Shown: positions 48,501-63,500 of the stretch, piece by piece
Layout: each line of letters starts with the position of its first letter
How positions within the stretch are numbered: the first letter of the stretch is position 1
Origin: Phoronis australis
Lineage: Eukaryota > Animalia > Phoronida
Reading direction: 5' to 3'
Assembly (NCBI GenBank): GCA_002633005.1
Contig: NMRA01000076.1
Span: 62,001-126,000, forward strand
Length of the DNA: 64,000 nt
Notes under the pieces: generated by a model
Seen by the model: the letters and a program-made list of their open reading frames with translations, nothing else
The model's database searches: none
Told to the model about the DNA's origin: nothing
Program-made: the position numbers and the translations under genes

Positions 48501-51500
48501 TCGTATTCTCTGACTGTCCAATATGCAGGCGTTGTCTTCTGCACAGAAACCGAATCCGCTGCACCCCTCGCCCATATCTCTGACACACAGTTTGGCACAG
48601 TCCTCGGGGTACGATCCAACCACTACCATCTTGTTGACTGAGGGAAGTGTGGTGTTTTGACTTATTACGTTAAAGTCGGCAGTATATTTTCCTGAAATTG
48701 AGTAAGTTTTTTTAATTACGGACCAAAAATTGGAGACTATAGAAGCAATGGTAGTAACAATCACGAATAAACGACGTTTCGGCTTCTTCCTTATAGCATC
48801 TTCAGGTAGGGCTGAGGGAAACGGAAATATGTAATGATCATTTACCAAATTCTTGAAACATCGTCACGAATCATCCTATCCTACATACCAGTGTTGTGTT
48901 ATGACATTTTCTAGTACACAGTACTCTTGTCATACTTTTCCTGTGAACTATTGTTTTTTTACTAAATTTGCATCGATCTTGTTTCACCGTTTTGCGACAA
49001 AGAATAGCTAATAAAGCCGTCAATATTGAGTACTTACTAGAATAGTGATTGCAAGATGGCTTAGACTTCACATTTTTCGCCGGCACGTCTAACACGTGAT
49101 CCTTGCCCAGCAAGCAAGTGCGTGACAAACGACAGAAGTCAAACGATCTGCACGTGAAGTCCTTGTGTTGTAAACATGCCTTAGCACAATCCTCTTCATT
49201 TGTTATTCCACTGGCTAAGTAGTGCTGCTTCGTGACAACGCTTGTACCGGGATACAATTGAAACTGGAGAACGTAGAGTCCTGCAATAGTGAAAATGCAA
49301 ATGGCAGTGGAAAAACCGGCAATGTTGCGACAGGATAATGACTTGCTGTGTAACGCTTTCTGACTATCATGGCTTTTGGACATTCGAGACAATTTGGGCC
49401 TCTAGAGTACTAAAACTTATGATAGAGGTTTTCTCTACAGAGAATCACCAGGGTCTACAACATTCACTGCAGTAACTACTTTGAGATATTGAAACGAGGT
49501 GAGATATCTCTCCAAAAAAGCACGCGATACAGCTCAATAAAACCAATCTAGAGACTTTCCAGACTAGTAGTACGTCTAGTCGTTCAATTCTCAAAGATGT
49601 ACTTTAATGAGGGTATGTATCGTACATGAACTAAATGAACACACATTTTGTAATGCGCTTTGTAGTTAGTGACTATCCGTTGAACCCCTGCATGGTGTTC
49701 ACTGCATCAGTCTCACAAATAGGACTTTGGAAGACTCATCCCTTCATTAAGTCGGGGCAACGAAAATTCTAAACATTTTGCGAACCAGAATTTAAGTTGT
49801 TAACTTGTGTTAGTGGCTAATGAAGCTTGCTAACTGATGCTCCACAGAACTCTCTTCTTGTTTTCTTCCACATAATTTTCCAAAGCAATTCGATCTCAAA
49901 GATCCGTGATGAGGTTTATACAGTTAATGTGCCCTCGTTATTAGATCTACTCACATATGTGTGGAACGCCTACGTGTTGTTTTGAGAACGTGTGCATTCT
50001 AGCTGTTCAGTGCATGCGTGAATCTGGAAGTCGCTTATAGAACACGGCCAGAGTATATACTAGTACAAGATATATTTATATCATAATGGCAATACACACA
50101 TGAATCCGGAAGTCTTCCTCACCGCGGATGAACCTGCGGTACTGATTTTACAATCTAGCTAGGCTGTGCCGTAACTCTCTACTGTTTGAAAAGAAATTTC
50201 CGTTGAACAACTTGTTTTGGGCACGCTTTGCAGCAATTTGTTATGAAATACGCCTTAATCTCTCTCGTGTGTTTTATTAACGACTTACTGATTTACGCTT
50301 GAACAGCGACAATTGCTTTGCCCAGAAATAAATTCCAGTTTGACTAAGGAACAATTTGAGACCAATTTTATAATTGCAGATGGTTTAAATCACAAATGGC
50401 TTTTGTGATGTCAAGGCGGGCTTATAACCGCTTAAAAACTACTTTCATGATTCAAACGAGATCTTAAAATGTTAAAACTGCTTACTTGCATACAAGTCAC
50501 AGTTGTCGTGTTTGGTAACGACGCTAGCGTCATCTGACGGATGAAAATGACTTAGGAGGCATTCACCGACGTTGTTGCAGTAGTCAAAGGAATTGCAGTC
50601 GAAATCCACTTCCGTCGAACAGGCTCGAGCGCACTCGTCCACACTGAGGTCGGGGATTACTTTATCGTTCTTCAAAAGAACCACTTGTTTTTTAAAGAAC
50701 TTGAACTCTTCTAGGTATGAACCTGTGTGAAAGTTGATAGCAAAGCAATTACCGACAAACGGTTAGGGAAATTACGCATTGATCTGCCCACGGTCACTTA
50801 GTACATATCGCGTTCGGCGCCTTCCATGTGATTATACAACACTTCGCCTGTATTCTATATGTATAATAGCTATAATGTGCTTAATATTGTAATCCGAGCT
50901 TGGTAATTTTATAGGGAAATTCGCGATTTTCCTAGTTAGTGACCATGGCATGCCTTGGATTTTACTTAACTTATAACTTCATTTGGGTGCGTGTTGTGCA
51001 TTTACGTAAGAATAGTGACAGTATAGCGGTGTCTGAGAGGATGATTTTCTCATCAGGAAATCTTACGCCAACAGGATTTGCATGCACGTGGACTAGAAAG
51101 CGTGCACTGTTCACCCCATGCAAGAGTGTCCAGAGAATTCTTCTGCAGGTCAAAGGCTTTATGGCGCCGTCACAGATTGAGATGAGCGTGTCGCTATTCA
51201 TGGGCGTGGCCGAATTCGTTTTGATGGAGACATTTACGCACATGTTAAAAGTACTAGTTTCAGAGTAAAAAAAACGAACAATAAATAAGGCAAACGACCC
51301 ACATTACTATTTTTAGATTGAAAAGTAGATATTACCCGCCCTCGAAATTTTAAATTTGATGCATTGATGCACGTTAAGTTGTGAATCGACTGGGACGGGT
51401 TAGTCACAGTCTGGCTTATGCTCGCTTAGGTGTTGGGGTAACAAAGCTCTGAATGTTAGCGTAGGAGTCGCCTCATGTCATCCAAATTGTATCATTGAAA

Positions 51501-54500
51501 TTAATGGCACCGTGATGTCCCGGTGTAAAGGTCACTCTGCGAGGTCCCTGTTTTGATTTACAACTCACCTGGCAGGTATTCATCTATGCTTTTAAAGGAT
51601 GTCTCTCGTATAGACGTTGCCTTGAACGATAACACCTTATAAAATAAAACGGAGTTTTATCAGTCTCTGCTAAAGTAAACAATATTTCGTCCAAGAAAAA
51701 ATAGAACAAGTGAAAGTTTATTACTCCTTGTTGTTTCAAGTTATTTCTGAATTACATTAAATGAAGTACAAACTCATGTACAGGTAAAATACAGTCACAT
51801 AAAAAACGAATTGTAGTAGCTACGTAAAAACCTTCAGCACGAAAACAGCAGACTTACATCTCCGTCGCCAGATGGCATATCAACGTTAGCGAACCCACTG
51901 TACACTCCGTTTTTCAGAAATCTCCACGCAGATGCAAGGGTGGGCTCAGGGTTAAACTGGTAGTCCACGGTTCCTGTGGAATTGGTATGTTACTACTAAT
52001 AATCATCATTAATGCTCGCTAATGTATTAATTACTTGATAGTTTCAGTTTCAATGTTTTAAATAGACATCACTGAAGACACATTACATGTATATAGATCC
52101 GGTCCAGTTTAATTTTTGTTTAGCCTTTCAGTTTGGGTACCACAGTGTGCCGATACTCTGTTGGCCAATGTTTGATTAGGACGAAATAGCATTTTGCCAT
52201 CATTCAACACGAAGAAATCGCCCACTGTCACGGCCGTTCGATTCGAAAAACTTCATAATCCTGGGTATTCCAAATTATCAAACACTGGTGGCCACACCGT
52301 GAACAACGCCAAGAAAGAAGATGGTGTATAACATCCAACAGCGCCTAATTTTACCACGAGCAAAATTGCAGGGTCTCGTGTATGAACTACATGTACAAAG
52401 ATTGAAAAAAGGAACAGTGTTGCTTGATATGTTTTTCATATCCAATTTGCATGTCGGTTTAAAAACAACGAGATAACACGTGACATGATCTTGGAAGTAA
52501 GCAAATCGATACTCCACTGCGCATGTTCGTTGCCAAATAAATTTCTATGTCGACGGTTTCTGTGAAAGTTTCTACATTTGTACTTACTCGAATAATGGAT
52601 GCATGCGGAAAAGTCATCATTAGGTTCGACCTCGTCTCCACTGTGCGTCTTGTCCAGGTAACATTTCAGTGAGAGTGGACAGTAGTCAAAACTGTTACAA
52701 CTGAACGATCCTTCGTCTCGGCATCGTTCCGCACATTCCGCCATGGAGTTCACGGAAGTGAGTAGTTTGTCTTTAGCGCGCCGTGGCGCGTTTTCTTGAG
52801 GCCGAAACAGAGCTGTTCGAAGAGTAAAAAATAGAATTACCACGTGGCTCACAGAGATGGGTAAATTGATTCGAGTTCACATAAACTAACGATCAAACTT
52901 CCTTCACAACATAAGCAGTATTGAGCACGTTTATTTGGAACCTGTGCTACATAATCTTTCAATAATTAGAAATGTCTTGAATCGAAGATTCTATCATTCT
53001 TGGCGCGTGGTGTCAGTATTCAGGCTTTCTACTACGGTCTACAACGCTGTGTACTTTAAAGTCATAATGTTTAAAATGACTAAACGCAAATTCTTATAAC
53101 ACAAAATTCTACCACGTTTACATTAGCTAATCCAACAAAAAAATAAGCTTTTGTCTTAACGTTCAAATACTACATTAACTTTGGTTTTCTTTATACAAAT
53201 TGAAGCCATGCCAACAAGCTCATACTTAGGTGTCATTGTTCATTTAGACTGTGATCACGTAGCAGTGTTCAATCCCTAGAAATTAAGTTGGGACAGGCCA
53301 CTTTTGGAGGCAGTTTTGAGGTATGCATTGCAGGTAAGTTCAATGAATCTGGTTTGCTTGTGATTGTGAACAAATTATGAATAGTTCTGCAGGAGTGTCC
53401 TTCAAAATGGCGGTTCCCTGTAGCATTGTTGCATTGCAGTTCAGCGACTGAGAAATCTCTTGCGATTTGAGGTAGCCTTAAAACGATTCCAATATAATTG
53501 GATGGCAACACTTGTGGCCTACATTTGTGTGATCTGCAGTAAATTTGTTATCACATTCTAGTGTTGGCTCGTGTCTGGCCTCCATTTTGGTGGAAGTAAA
53601 AAGGCTAAGAATACATGAGACAAACTGCAGTTTCTGTGGTCGTGTGTAGCGCCTTTTAAGAGAAATGACTCATAATTTTTCATTTTGTTCGTACAGTTTT
53701 CGACAGAGTGGAAGAAAGGCAGCACATCCAGTGAATCGGTACTGCCAGGCAACACCCAGTGAGAACTGTACAGGTTGTCCATAATGTCCGTTTTTCAGAA
53801 GTAGTTGTGGACTTGGACCAGCTTGTGTCAGATGCATGCGTAACCTGGCCTGAAAATCATAGTCTTGGGTTGCGCGTGTCCGAATAACCAGAATAATCAA
53901 AATTGGCAGTTGGTTTCCTTTTTACTTCAAAATTGACAAGCAGTGGAAAATGACGATTCTTGATGAAACTTTGAAAATATTGCTTCATTTAAGTTCTATA
54001 CTTTTCGTTACAACTTTTTAAACAAAGCGCGCCAGACTTTTGGTTTTATTTTCATTCTCAGTATGCACCTCGTGTGACCTACCTGTAGCTGGTGGTTTGT
54101 CTAGTAACGTCGACGCAACATATACTTCGTCTCCACCTAATGTCACTTTGGGAAACTGTATCCTTAGGTTATTCACGCCCGCCAGTGTCTTAATAGATGT
54201 TTGGGCCGAGGCCGCAAACAACCGTTTATTTAAATCTCCGAAATTCGAAAATGCTGAAAATCAATTGTTTGAACGGCACAATTATTAGTGCAATGAACCC
54301 AGTTTAGATATATGAGTGGAAACAAATAAGTAGATGTTTTCAGAAAATTCACATATTCCTTGCAAAATTAGTTTCGCTTGGACTTAAAATTGTGGCAATT
54401 CTAGTCATGTTTATAATTTCTCCTTTACATAAATGATGACAGAAAGAATAGATAGCATTGTGCAGTTCGTTTTCCTTAAAAATACTCGGTCCATTTCCCG

Positions 54501-57500
54501 AAAATTGGAAGAAGGAAATTTGAAGACATTTTCTCACTTTTTTGAAATGCAAGATATAACGGAAAGGAGTAAGCAGCATTAGCAACGACAAACGTCTTCA
54601 AGGTATTCTATGATTAGTAGGCAAACATTCATTACCTCAGGGGCCATCTTCGCATAATGGGTCTCATGATGTCAAAATTAAGAAACCGAAAACACGGTTA
54701 CTGTTATTTTGACATGCATTTTGGATACCTTACCTCTGTATGTGATGATAAACCGTCGCTTCATTCCATCCGAATAACAGTCGCTTACGTCAAACGCTCG
54801 GGTGTCGGGGTTATCGTTGTCGAAATTGAAAATGTTGTAGATCATTTTATAGGCAGGCTAGAGCGTAAAGAAATCGTAGCTATAGTACTTTTATCACACT
54901 TCATATTTTCACACATACCTTTTGAGTGTTCGATGCAAGGCAGCATTCAAATGCAATTTAAGTGAAATGGAACACATCGGTTAACACATTATCTAGGGTC
55001 GGATCCAGGGGTGTGTTCACGATTGTCCCCTCTGCAGTTTGGTCACCTTTGAATTGTAGTTTTGGAGGAATAGAAAGGTACCTTTAGGTCTGCCTAATTT
55101 TAGACCCCTCTCTGACCTTTATCTGAAATTCTAAATACGATTTGATATTAAGACCACATGAATTTGTCCGAGAATCAGATTATAGTACTATTGATATGTG
55201 CATCTCTTTTAAATTATGTAAAAGGTTGCTATTTTGTTGTCAAAACTACATACAATTAACGTCAACGTGTACGTACTCTTTCTGACCATATGATAATACG
55301 TAAAGGAACTTGAGTCTCTTCAGCGATACCTGATGATATTTCGTCCCAGTCACTCTGAAGCGGAAGTGAAAATTGTTGATCGCAAGGAACATATAAGATT
55401 TCAGCAGCATGACTCCAGCAGGTGTTTACCAGAACGTAATACAACAGAAGTGGTTTGGTTAGGGGCGAACCACTCCGAGAGGGTGGTACCGACAGGGGAG
55501 GGGCGACACGAACTTGAAATAGGAGGCGACTCGAAAAAAGAGGATGTGGGAAAATGGTGGCGATTAGAGGTAACAGTGAAAAGAGGAATTGGTAAGCGTT
55601 AGGGGAATGGATGGCCATCAGGTGGGGGCAGAACCGCTACCTTGCACCCTGGGCGTCAATAACTCAATGTAATCCAGTGAGTAGGCCATAGGCAGGATCA
55701 ACAGAACGTCACCCTTGAGAGTTTTTTCCAATAATAGCATTATATGTGGCTTTTCATTCAGTCCCTTCATTCATCCATTTTAAGACCGATTTCATTGGGG
55801 TAGTGGGGTGGTGGGGTAATGGCGTAGTTTTCTGTAATGTGCGATTGTTTATCAATGCAGCCAGCAGTTGAATCCGGTTTTCCTAAATGGGAGTGGGGGT
55901 CTAACGCGGCTACACTTTCTACATGTAACTATAAAAAGACTCGCAACAGTGAGCGGGATACATTAATTTTTTATCGCATTTGACCCCTCCTCTCCACACA
56001 GCCTAAATGGCAAATGTTTTAGTCTTCGCGCATTAAAAGGTGTTTTATTGTCTCAAAATTGTTTACAACTTATATAAGTGCTAGATGACAGTTGACAATG
56101 TCGTTCCGAGTAACGACCAGAATATTAAAATGAGGACCAATTACCGATAAGAAGTGGACTTCAAACGTAGCATCGAAAGCCTCTTTGAATCCTAGAGGAC
56201 GGTATGGTTTCTTGGTTACAAATACATCGGTGCCCATGTCTCGGAGATACCGCTACAATTAATAAGAATATTAAATGCTAGTGAAAGAAAGCAAATTACG
56301 ACCACACCAATTCTCACAATCGTTATGAATGAGACAGAGACAATGCTGAGTGGAGCACGTGTGTAATGACTTCTATAATCGTCATTAAAGGCACGTGAGG
56401 TCTTACAGCAAGTATTTAAAGGACATATAAGAATAGTTCACTGTCACAGTTGCCATGGAAACTAATCAATATTGCAGTGGTGACACACAAAACCAATGTC
56501 TCACAAACCCCTTATTAACCGAGATCGATACTACAAGCGTTTATCAGGTGTCAGGTTATGTAGTGTGATCACTAAAAGTCGTTTTGGTGGGAGTTCATTT
56601 TGTTCGCGTAGTCCCGTGTTGAAGGAAACAAAAGGGAAAAGCAATCAAACTATCACAAACTTCAGCACAACGTTTTTCTTAACCTGGGCTGAGTTCCGAA
56701 TTTATGTGCAGTCAAATGTGCCTAGGTGATAAAAATGACTTTCAAAGTTTTTGTCATTTCTCTATTTCACTGGAACTTACAGTGCCTTCGTAAGTGTAAG
56801 AATCGTCCAACTGGAGCAATTCGTCCGGAGTGCGCATACGTATTGCGTAGCCCTGCCCAGTGTTGTACTTAACCTCGTCAAAAGTATCATTTCTAAGAGA
56901 TGTTATCGAGCAGTTTAGAAGCAAGTTATCCCGCACGTAAGAAACACCTGTAATTGAAATACTGCAATAGTTGGGGGCATAACTACTGAAACTAATGGGG
57001 TATGCATCGACTTCGTGACAGGTGCCGAAGCCCGTGAAAATTATATATCGACACCATAGAACTCTAGAGATGGAATGCCAACTTCGATCTAGCGCGGCTG
57101 AGGTTGCTCCGCGCATACGCAGAACTTTTTTGCATTCGTTTGTTCCGATGGTGTTTCTTGTTATGGAATATAGGGCTTAAGGTGGGTTGTTGTTTCAGTT
57201 CACACGAAGTACGTTTAAAACCAATGTCTCCGAAAACGCCTCCCGAGCAAAGCTCATCTATGTTTTGGGAACATTTTGCGGCCTATGGTCCCAAACATTA
57301 TCAAACAGAGAATCATTTGCTTGCGATTCGGTGATTTGGGAAGCTGGCCGTGAGCACTACCGCTGCCTAACTGGTAGGCGTAACGCAGTCATCTGGACGT
57401 ACATTACACTAATTTCGAAAGTTTACAGTTACTTTAAAATATTTCCATATTTCTAATACGATACCAAGCTCGTGTAGATCTAGGCTACACGATAACAAAT

Positions 57501-60500
57501 ATATATTTTAACATTGGGTTCAATGGCAAGAATGTCACCTTCCTTACTGTAAAAAAACTTCGCAACTCCACTGTTTTTCAACCCAATTGTATCAGAGTTG
57601 TGTCGGTAGAAAAGAGCCCTTCGTCAACTCCTGATAGTGAATGATTACACCAGAAGCAAACGATAAATAATTTACCTCATAACTAATTATTATTTTGCAC
57701 ACCTCACAAGTTTAAAAAATATTTTTTCTTTCTAATGCCAAGAACGTTACAAAAATGCGAAAAATAATAGAATGCAATAATGAAGTCCTTCATGCACCAA
57801 ATGACTGATTATTAAACAATTAGTTAATTAATTAAATTTTAATGTCAAATTTAGGGTGTAATAGTGACATTAAAAGGAAATGAACCAGAGACTAATTAAG
57901 CCAGGAGAGAAATAGGTTCAATGACTCAAAACATTGCTACCGTATAAAGGCAAAGATTTTAGAACATGGATCCCCAGTCACTGTGAAGAATTTAGTCGGT
58001 CATTCATCCAAAATTGTAAATCTTTATATAGTAACTGGATCTCTGGTGCCGTTTGATACAATTTTGTTGTTCCGTAAAAATCCAGGAGGCAGTGACATTA
58101 GCAAAAAAAATGTGATAAACCAACTACTCTAACTAATTATCCGAAAGTTTCAGACAAGGGTTAACTTAATTTCTTGTAGATAAAAATTGGGCAAAAATCT
58201 ATAATTGAAATATACTCATTACATGGGCTGCAGTGTAGGACTTTACATAAAAATTTAGAAATAAACTCATTTCTTCAGAAAATAAAATTAGTGATACTAA
58301 TACATGTAGTGTGTATTACCGTAAAGAAATGTAATTGGAATATATGCACCATTGTAAGGTTAGTAAGTAAAGTGGACCCTGGAAAATGACATTTTAATGA
58401 TATTTATTAAAATATTAAAATATTCGTAAAAAGATACAATTTTATTTTGAACACCTGTTGCATAGTCGCCACGGTCAACATTTGATACTATAATTAAGGG
58501 CAACGACGTTGAAATGCGGGACATCCGGAAAAAGGAGGACACACGAGCATGTGCCAAAATGCAAGGGTGAAACGTTCGCCGCAACGCACAAAAACGTCCT
58601 GACAACGTTTTTTTGGTACAACGGGAGACGTAACGCCCAAAAGTATTCGTCGACGTTTTTTTGTTTTAGTCGAACGGGAAAATACGGCTATGTCACGTGG
58701 GAAATCATAATAGTCTGTGATAGTATTCAATTTTTGCCGTGTGTCAAAAAGCGGAACATTTTGTTGGTGTGGCGGAATGGCGGGGAAAATCAAGAAGTGT
58801 GACAGTCGAATCCGCCAAGAGCCGGACAACTGGCAAGTGCAAGTATACAATGTCGGTAACAAAAAGTATTGGAATGGATTCTTTCACAACTTTTCATTGT
58901 TTTTAATTTTATTTCACGGATATAGCTAAATACTTCAGATACCAAAAGCATATATTTGATTTTTCTTGATACAAATCGGCCATCATTTGGGTCTTTTTAG
59001 TGAAATTCAGCAAAAAATGAAAAGTACATTGATGGCAAAACAACGGGAACAACAACATGACCAAATTTCGTGTTCGAGGTGAAATTTCAAAAACGTTATC
59101 ATCACTTCGTGTTCGTTGTATACAACTTTTTAAATATCCTGTTTTGATAGTCTCCCATGCAAGCAACTGAGGTTTGGAGAAGAATGCATAACGCATACTG
59201 TCAAAAAGTTTCGTATGAATCTGATCAGCCATTTGTGAGACATGATGTTCCGAATATGGACAATTTTTTGGAGTTTTACATGACATTTTAAGCCAAAACA
59301 AACTTTAAGTTTCGGACTTGTGAACTTTCGGATTTGTGGACATTCTGACTTATGAACTAGGGCGTTTCAGGTCACTCTTCGGTCTGTGTACCTTCCGACT
59401 ATCTACCTTAATCCAAAATTTCAGAAACACAAGTATAAAATGGCGCCACTTGCCTATGTCGTAATCGTGAATTGCTGTCTGTGGGTGTGTGGTATAATAC
59501 GGGGCTTCTATCTTGGTCGGTCGCCAATCAAATCGAAGCAGTTTCATGCTAGAATCGTACATCACCTGTTAAAACCAAATACAACGTCTGCTCTGTTTTT
59601 AGTTTTTTTGGATTATAACAAATGGCAGTAATTGGTTCATGATGAACCCCTTACGGTTATTCAACAATGATGAAGTATTGGGAAATATACACAATTTTCA
59701 ATGCGTTGCTTTGCATACTTCTAAGAATTTGTCTTTCTATAAAAATAGCCATTACAACATATTCTGCAAACGCACATATTTCATTTTCTTTCCGAGGTCG
59801 CAGGGTTAGGTATTGTTTTTTTCTGTCGTAAATAAATACCAATAAATGTGTTACTTTTGGCCACGGCGTATGTTCACGGGCAGGCACACGAGTCACTTTC
59901 TGTTAGACCACTACAGCAATAGAAAGTCACTGATTTGGAGAATCCGGACTATCTGGAACACTCCATCAAATCTCTGAATCCGCGCCTCCTGAAGTGCTGT
60001 GGTAGCGTGTAAAAATTCAACCTCCATTAGTTAAATTAAAATACCTCGAGGACACTTTTAGTATTTCGAGTCCACAAAAATGTTACATACAACTTTACCT
60101 TCGCATTAACAACTGCTTGCTGTAGGGAAACGACCACTTCTTCGTTATATGAGTAAGCGTCATTCAGTTTTGGAATTGGTTTTGTCTTCTTTCTTCCCGG
60201 ACAGACTATACCGGCTGGTGTCTGCAATGGATTGTTAAGCACCGTAACAGCTGTAAGAGGGTGAGGTTGATCAAATGAGTCGCTTACCCGTTGCTTATTC
60301 ATTAGATTCTAGCACCATGTAAGTATTTTCAATGTAGATTTTCCTCCTTTCTGTTACATAAGAACTCATAAGAAAACATTAAGCAGACGAACGTCAATTA
60401 TTGACATGTTCCGCTTTTCGACTTCGCCATTGCTTTCAGAACGTGGCTTAAATGCAAGGTTTTCTTCATACTGAAGCATTTAGCTGTTGGAAGAAAAAAT

Positions 60501-63500
60501 TTGATTTCGATTACCATTTTCTGTCACCTTTTTTTCGTTAGATGTGTCTTTAGTTTTGCGTTCGTTTACCAAATTTGGTCTTAGATGCCGACACTATGAA
60601 AGATAGCGATAGGAAAGAACCTTGTGGCAAAGTTTACTTCAAATACTGTATCGTCATCATAGCTTCCAACAAAGTCAACAAATTCGTAGGTGTGGTTGAA
60701 AGTGTGGAAATCACCGCCAGGGTCCGCCTGCCCGCTAACCATGGCTCTGACCGGAACACGTGGTAGGTCGGCGCCATTCGACGTTGACCAGTTGGGCGCT
60801 AAAACGTGAATCGATAAAGAGATGAAGATTGTAACGTCAGTGTTGAGAAGAGTAAATAAATAAATAATTGAATGGTCACATATCGTAGAAGTGTGAGAAC
60901 CATTATAACAAAACGAATGTGTACTTCACATTAACATTACATATACCCTTAGGAAATCTTGTTTCGGTGGGCGAAAAAACTGCTAACGCAATCTTTTCCT
61001 CACGATCGACTCCAGCTTTGCCTCCGCTACCACCCGTGCGGTTTCGTCTCGAGGTAGACACTTGCTTTTATTCCCTTTCACCCTCAACCGACGCTTAGTT
61101 TTCCTCCATCTGGGCTCAAGATGCACCCCTGTCGATACCATGGGAGACACAAACTAATTTGACTTGGCCAAAATGTCCTCCTCGTGGTGCCAGAGTCATG
61201 TATTGTTGCTACTGTGCTTCAAACGGGGTATTCTGTGTTTCATGAGCAATTTTGAAATTGTGTCTGCTTCACTTCGTGAATAGTTGACAGTGCCGGAATT
61301 ACAGGGGGAAGGTAAATGAGCAAATACCCGGGGTTGCCCCCCCCCCATGCGAGGATGGGAAACCTTAATACTAGGAAGGCATGCTGCCCAAATACTCAAA
61401 TATGAAAGGCTATTGTTATGGAAACGAGAGGCAGTTGATTCCATTATCCGGTAATTAAACTTTCCTTTCATCATCGGGTCTCCTTCCTTCAAATAAAAGT
61501 TCGTACGATTTGACAAAAATAAGGAAAAAGGGAAATTGATTTCATCATTTGCTGGCCCATTAAATCAGTGGCCCCTTAAGAAAAAGGATATAAAAATGAA
61601 AACACCCTCGTCCCCCACTCTTATGCCTATGCCAGTCGCCACGAAGGTTTTATTTTGGTGCCTAAAATTACATGTACATGTAGTGGGGGAAAGCACCCCC
61701 CTGTCCCTGCCCGATTCCTACTTCCCGACTTGTCCCTTCTCCCTCCTGCGCCTATATTTCCTGCCGACACCAGTTTAGAATTTCGTCCGCTAACGTCGTT
61801 GCGTGTGATCCGAACTGCAGTCGGTAAAGCGTGAGCAGCGGAAGTAGTCGAGTCTCGTGAGACTTAAAAAGTGAAATGAGAGTTGGCGCAGTGTTCGATT
61901 TGTTGAGCGAGAGACGTTCACAGGTCCTGAGCTACTCACAAAGTCGTGTCCGAAAAGGCCACTTTGGTAGTTTCTTCCATAAAAACGGCAAAAGAGAGAT
62001 TGATGCGAGAGGGAAAGTTCCCAAGGCATTGGTATTTTTACCTGCATAATACCAGTCAAGAGTGAAGTTAGCCCCCTTTTCGGCCAAGTATCCACAGGAT
62101 TGCCAGTGGTTAACTTCAATACCTCTTACCACGTCTCTCCCTACGTAAGTCTGAAATCAAAATCAGATGCATGGTAATCGCGAGTGTTTTTTATTGCGAA
62201 AATGTATCGAAGCCAAATGCTTGCTTTTTAGATATCAGATTTACTGCAGTCCTGGATCATTACATGTTGTTACGGGCAATATCACCTCGACATATTTGTT
62301 GTGGATCTAAATGTGTGTGACGGGACGTTCGTAACTTTACGCTTATTGTTATTCTTATTATTGTTAGTATGTTAGTTGTTCCACAGTCGCTACGAAGTGA
62401 GATTATGGTGTCTCTGCATGATGCAGCTGGGCACCAAGGGTATGAGAGAACATTTGCCTTGATTAGCAATCGCTACTTTTGGGTAGGCATGCAAAAAGAT
62501 GTGGCAGACTATTGCAAATCATGTGCGAGGTGTCAGATTTCTAAGGGTCCATACAAGAAACCGAGGACTATCATGAGTCACTTGACTGCATGTAGACCCA
62601 ATGAAGTGTTAGCNAACGCGTTTTCGACTGACGACGAGCCATTTATCTGGCCAACTCTACACTCACCATCTAAAGAAACAAATACAACATCATTTTAAGC
62701 CCCAATAAACCTGTTTTGAACACTTAAAATACAAACTAGGCTTTTTATCACTCCAATCCAAAGAAATCCTTTGTAATAAGGCAACACATAATTATAAAAC
62801 ATATGCTGTTATATAATATTTTATGAATTTGAATTACGAAATTACATAAGACCTTACTGAAAAATCGATGCTTAGTGATATACAGCTTTAAGGTCTTTTA
62901 AGTGAAAGCTGCCACAAACTAACTTTCCGTAATTTGATTTGGACAATTATAGTGGAAAACTGGTCTCAGATTGTCTTTACACGTTAGAAGGGTTCTGGGC
63001 TTGTTCAGTAATATTGCAGAGAATAGGCACGTCACAAAGTGGCTTGTCACGGTTGGTCATTGTATGTGACCGAGCCTGATCTCAATAATCTGTCAGTTCA
63101 TTCCAAGCCCAGAAAGTACTTCGCATCTGAGTAAGAATCCGTTCCAAGAAAACTGACTTAGTGAAAACAAATTTAAAATTTTAGTCAATTTTAAGATAAA
63201 ACTTAAATTTGTCTCAAGTCTGTTCCGTGAAGGTGATGTTAAGTTTGACTTAAGTTTTTATACCGAATGTGGAAGTTTCAAAGTTTGAAGGGTGAGAAAA
63301 ATCTTACACTTAAGTCAAAAATGAACTCAAGTCAGTTATTTGAATTTTATTTTGAAAAGGCCCCCGACTTATATCGGTATGTTGTCGGGTAAGTAATCTA
63401 AAGCTACAATTCCTGTCTTTGACGGAAAGAGCGCTTATAGCGGCATTAATTTATTAAACAATGTCCACTTACCACTTATATAAAAAAGTTCTCCTGTATC

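Noticed and set aside
50971-51243. Extra exon of the PAN protein
   Set aside because: The flanking exons already join in phase, and no domain pattern is visible.
52960-53250. LINE reverse-transcriptase remnant (YLGV-like)
   Set aside because: Too degraded to support without a search.
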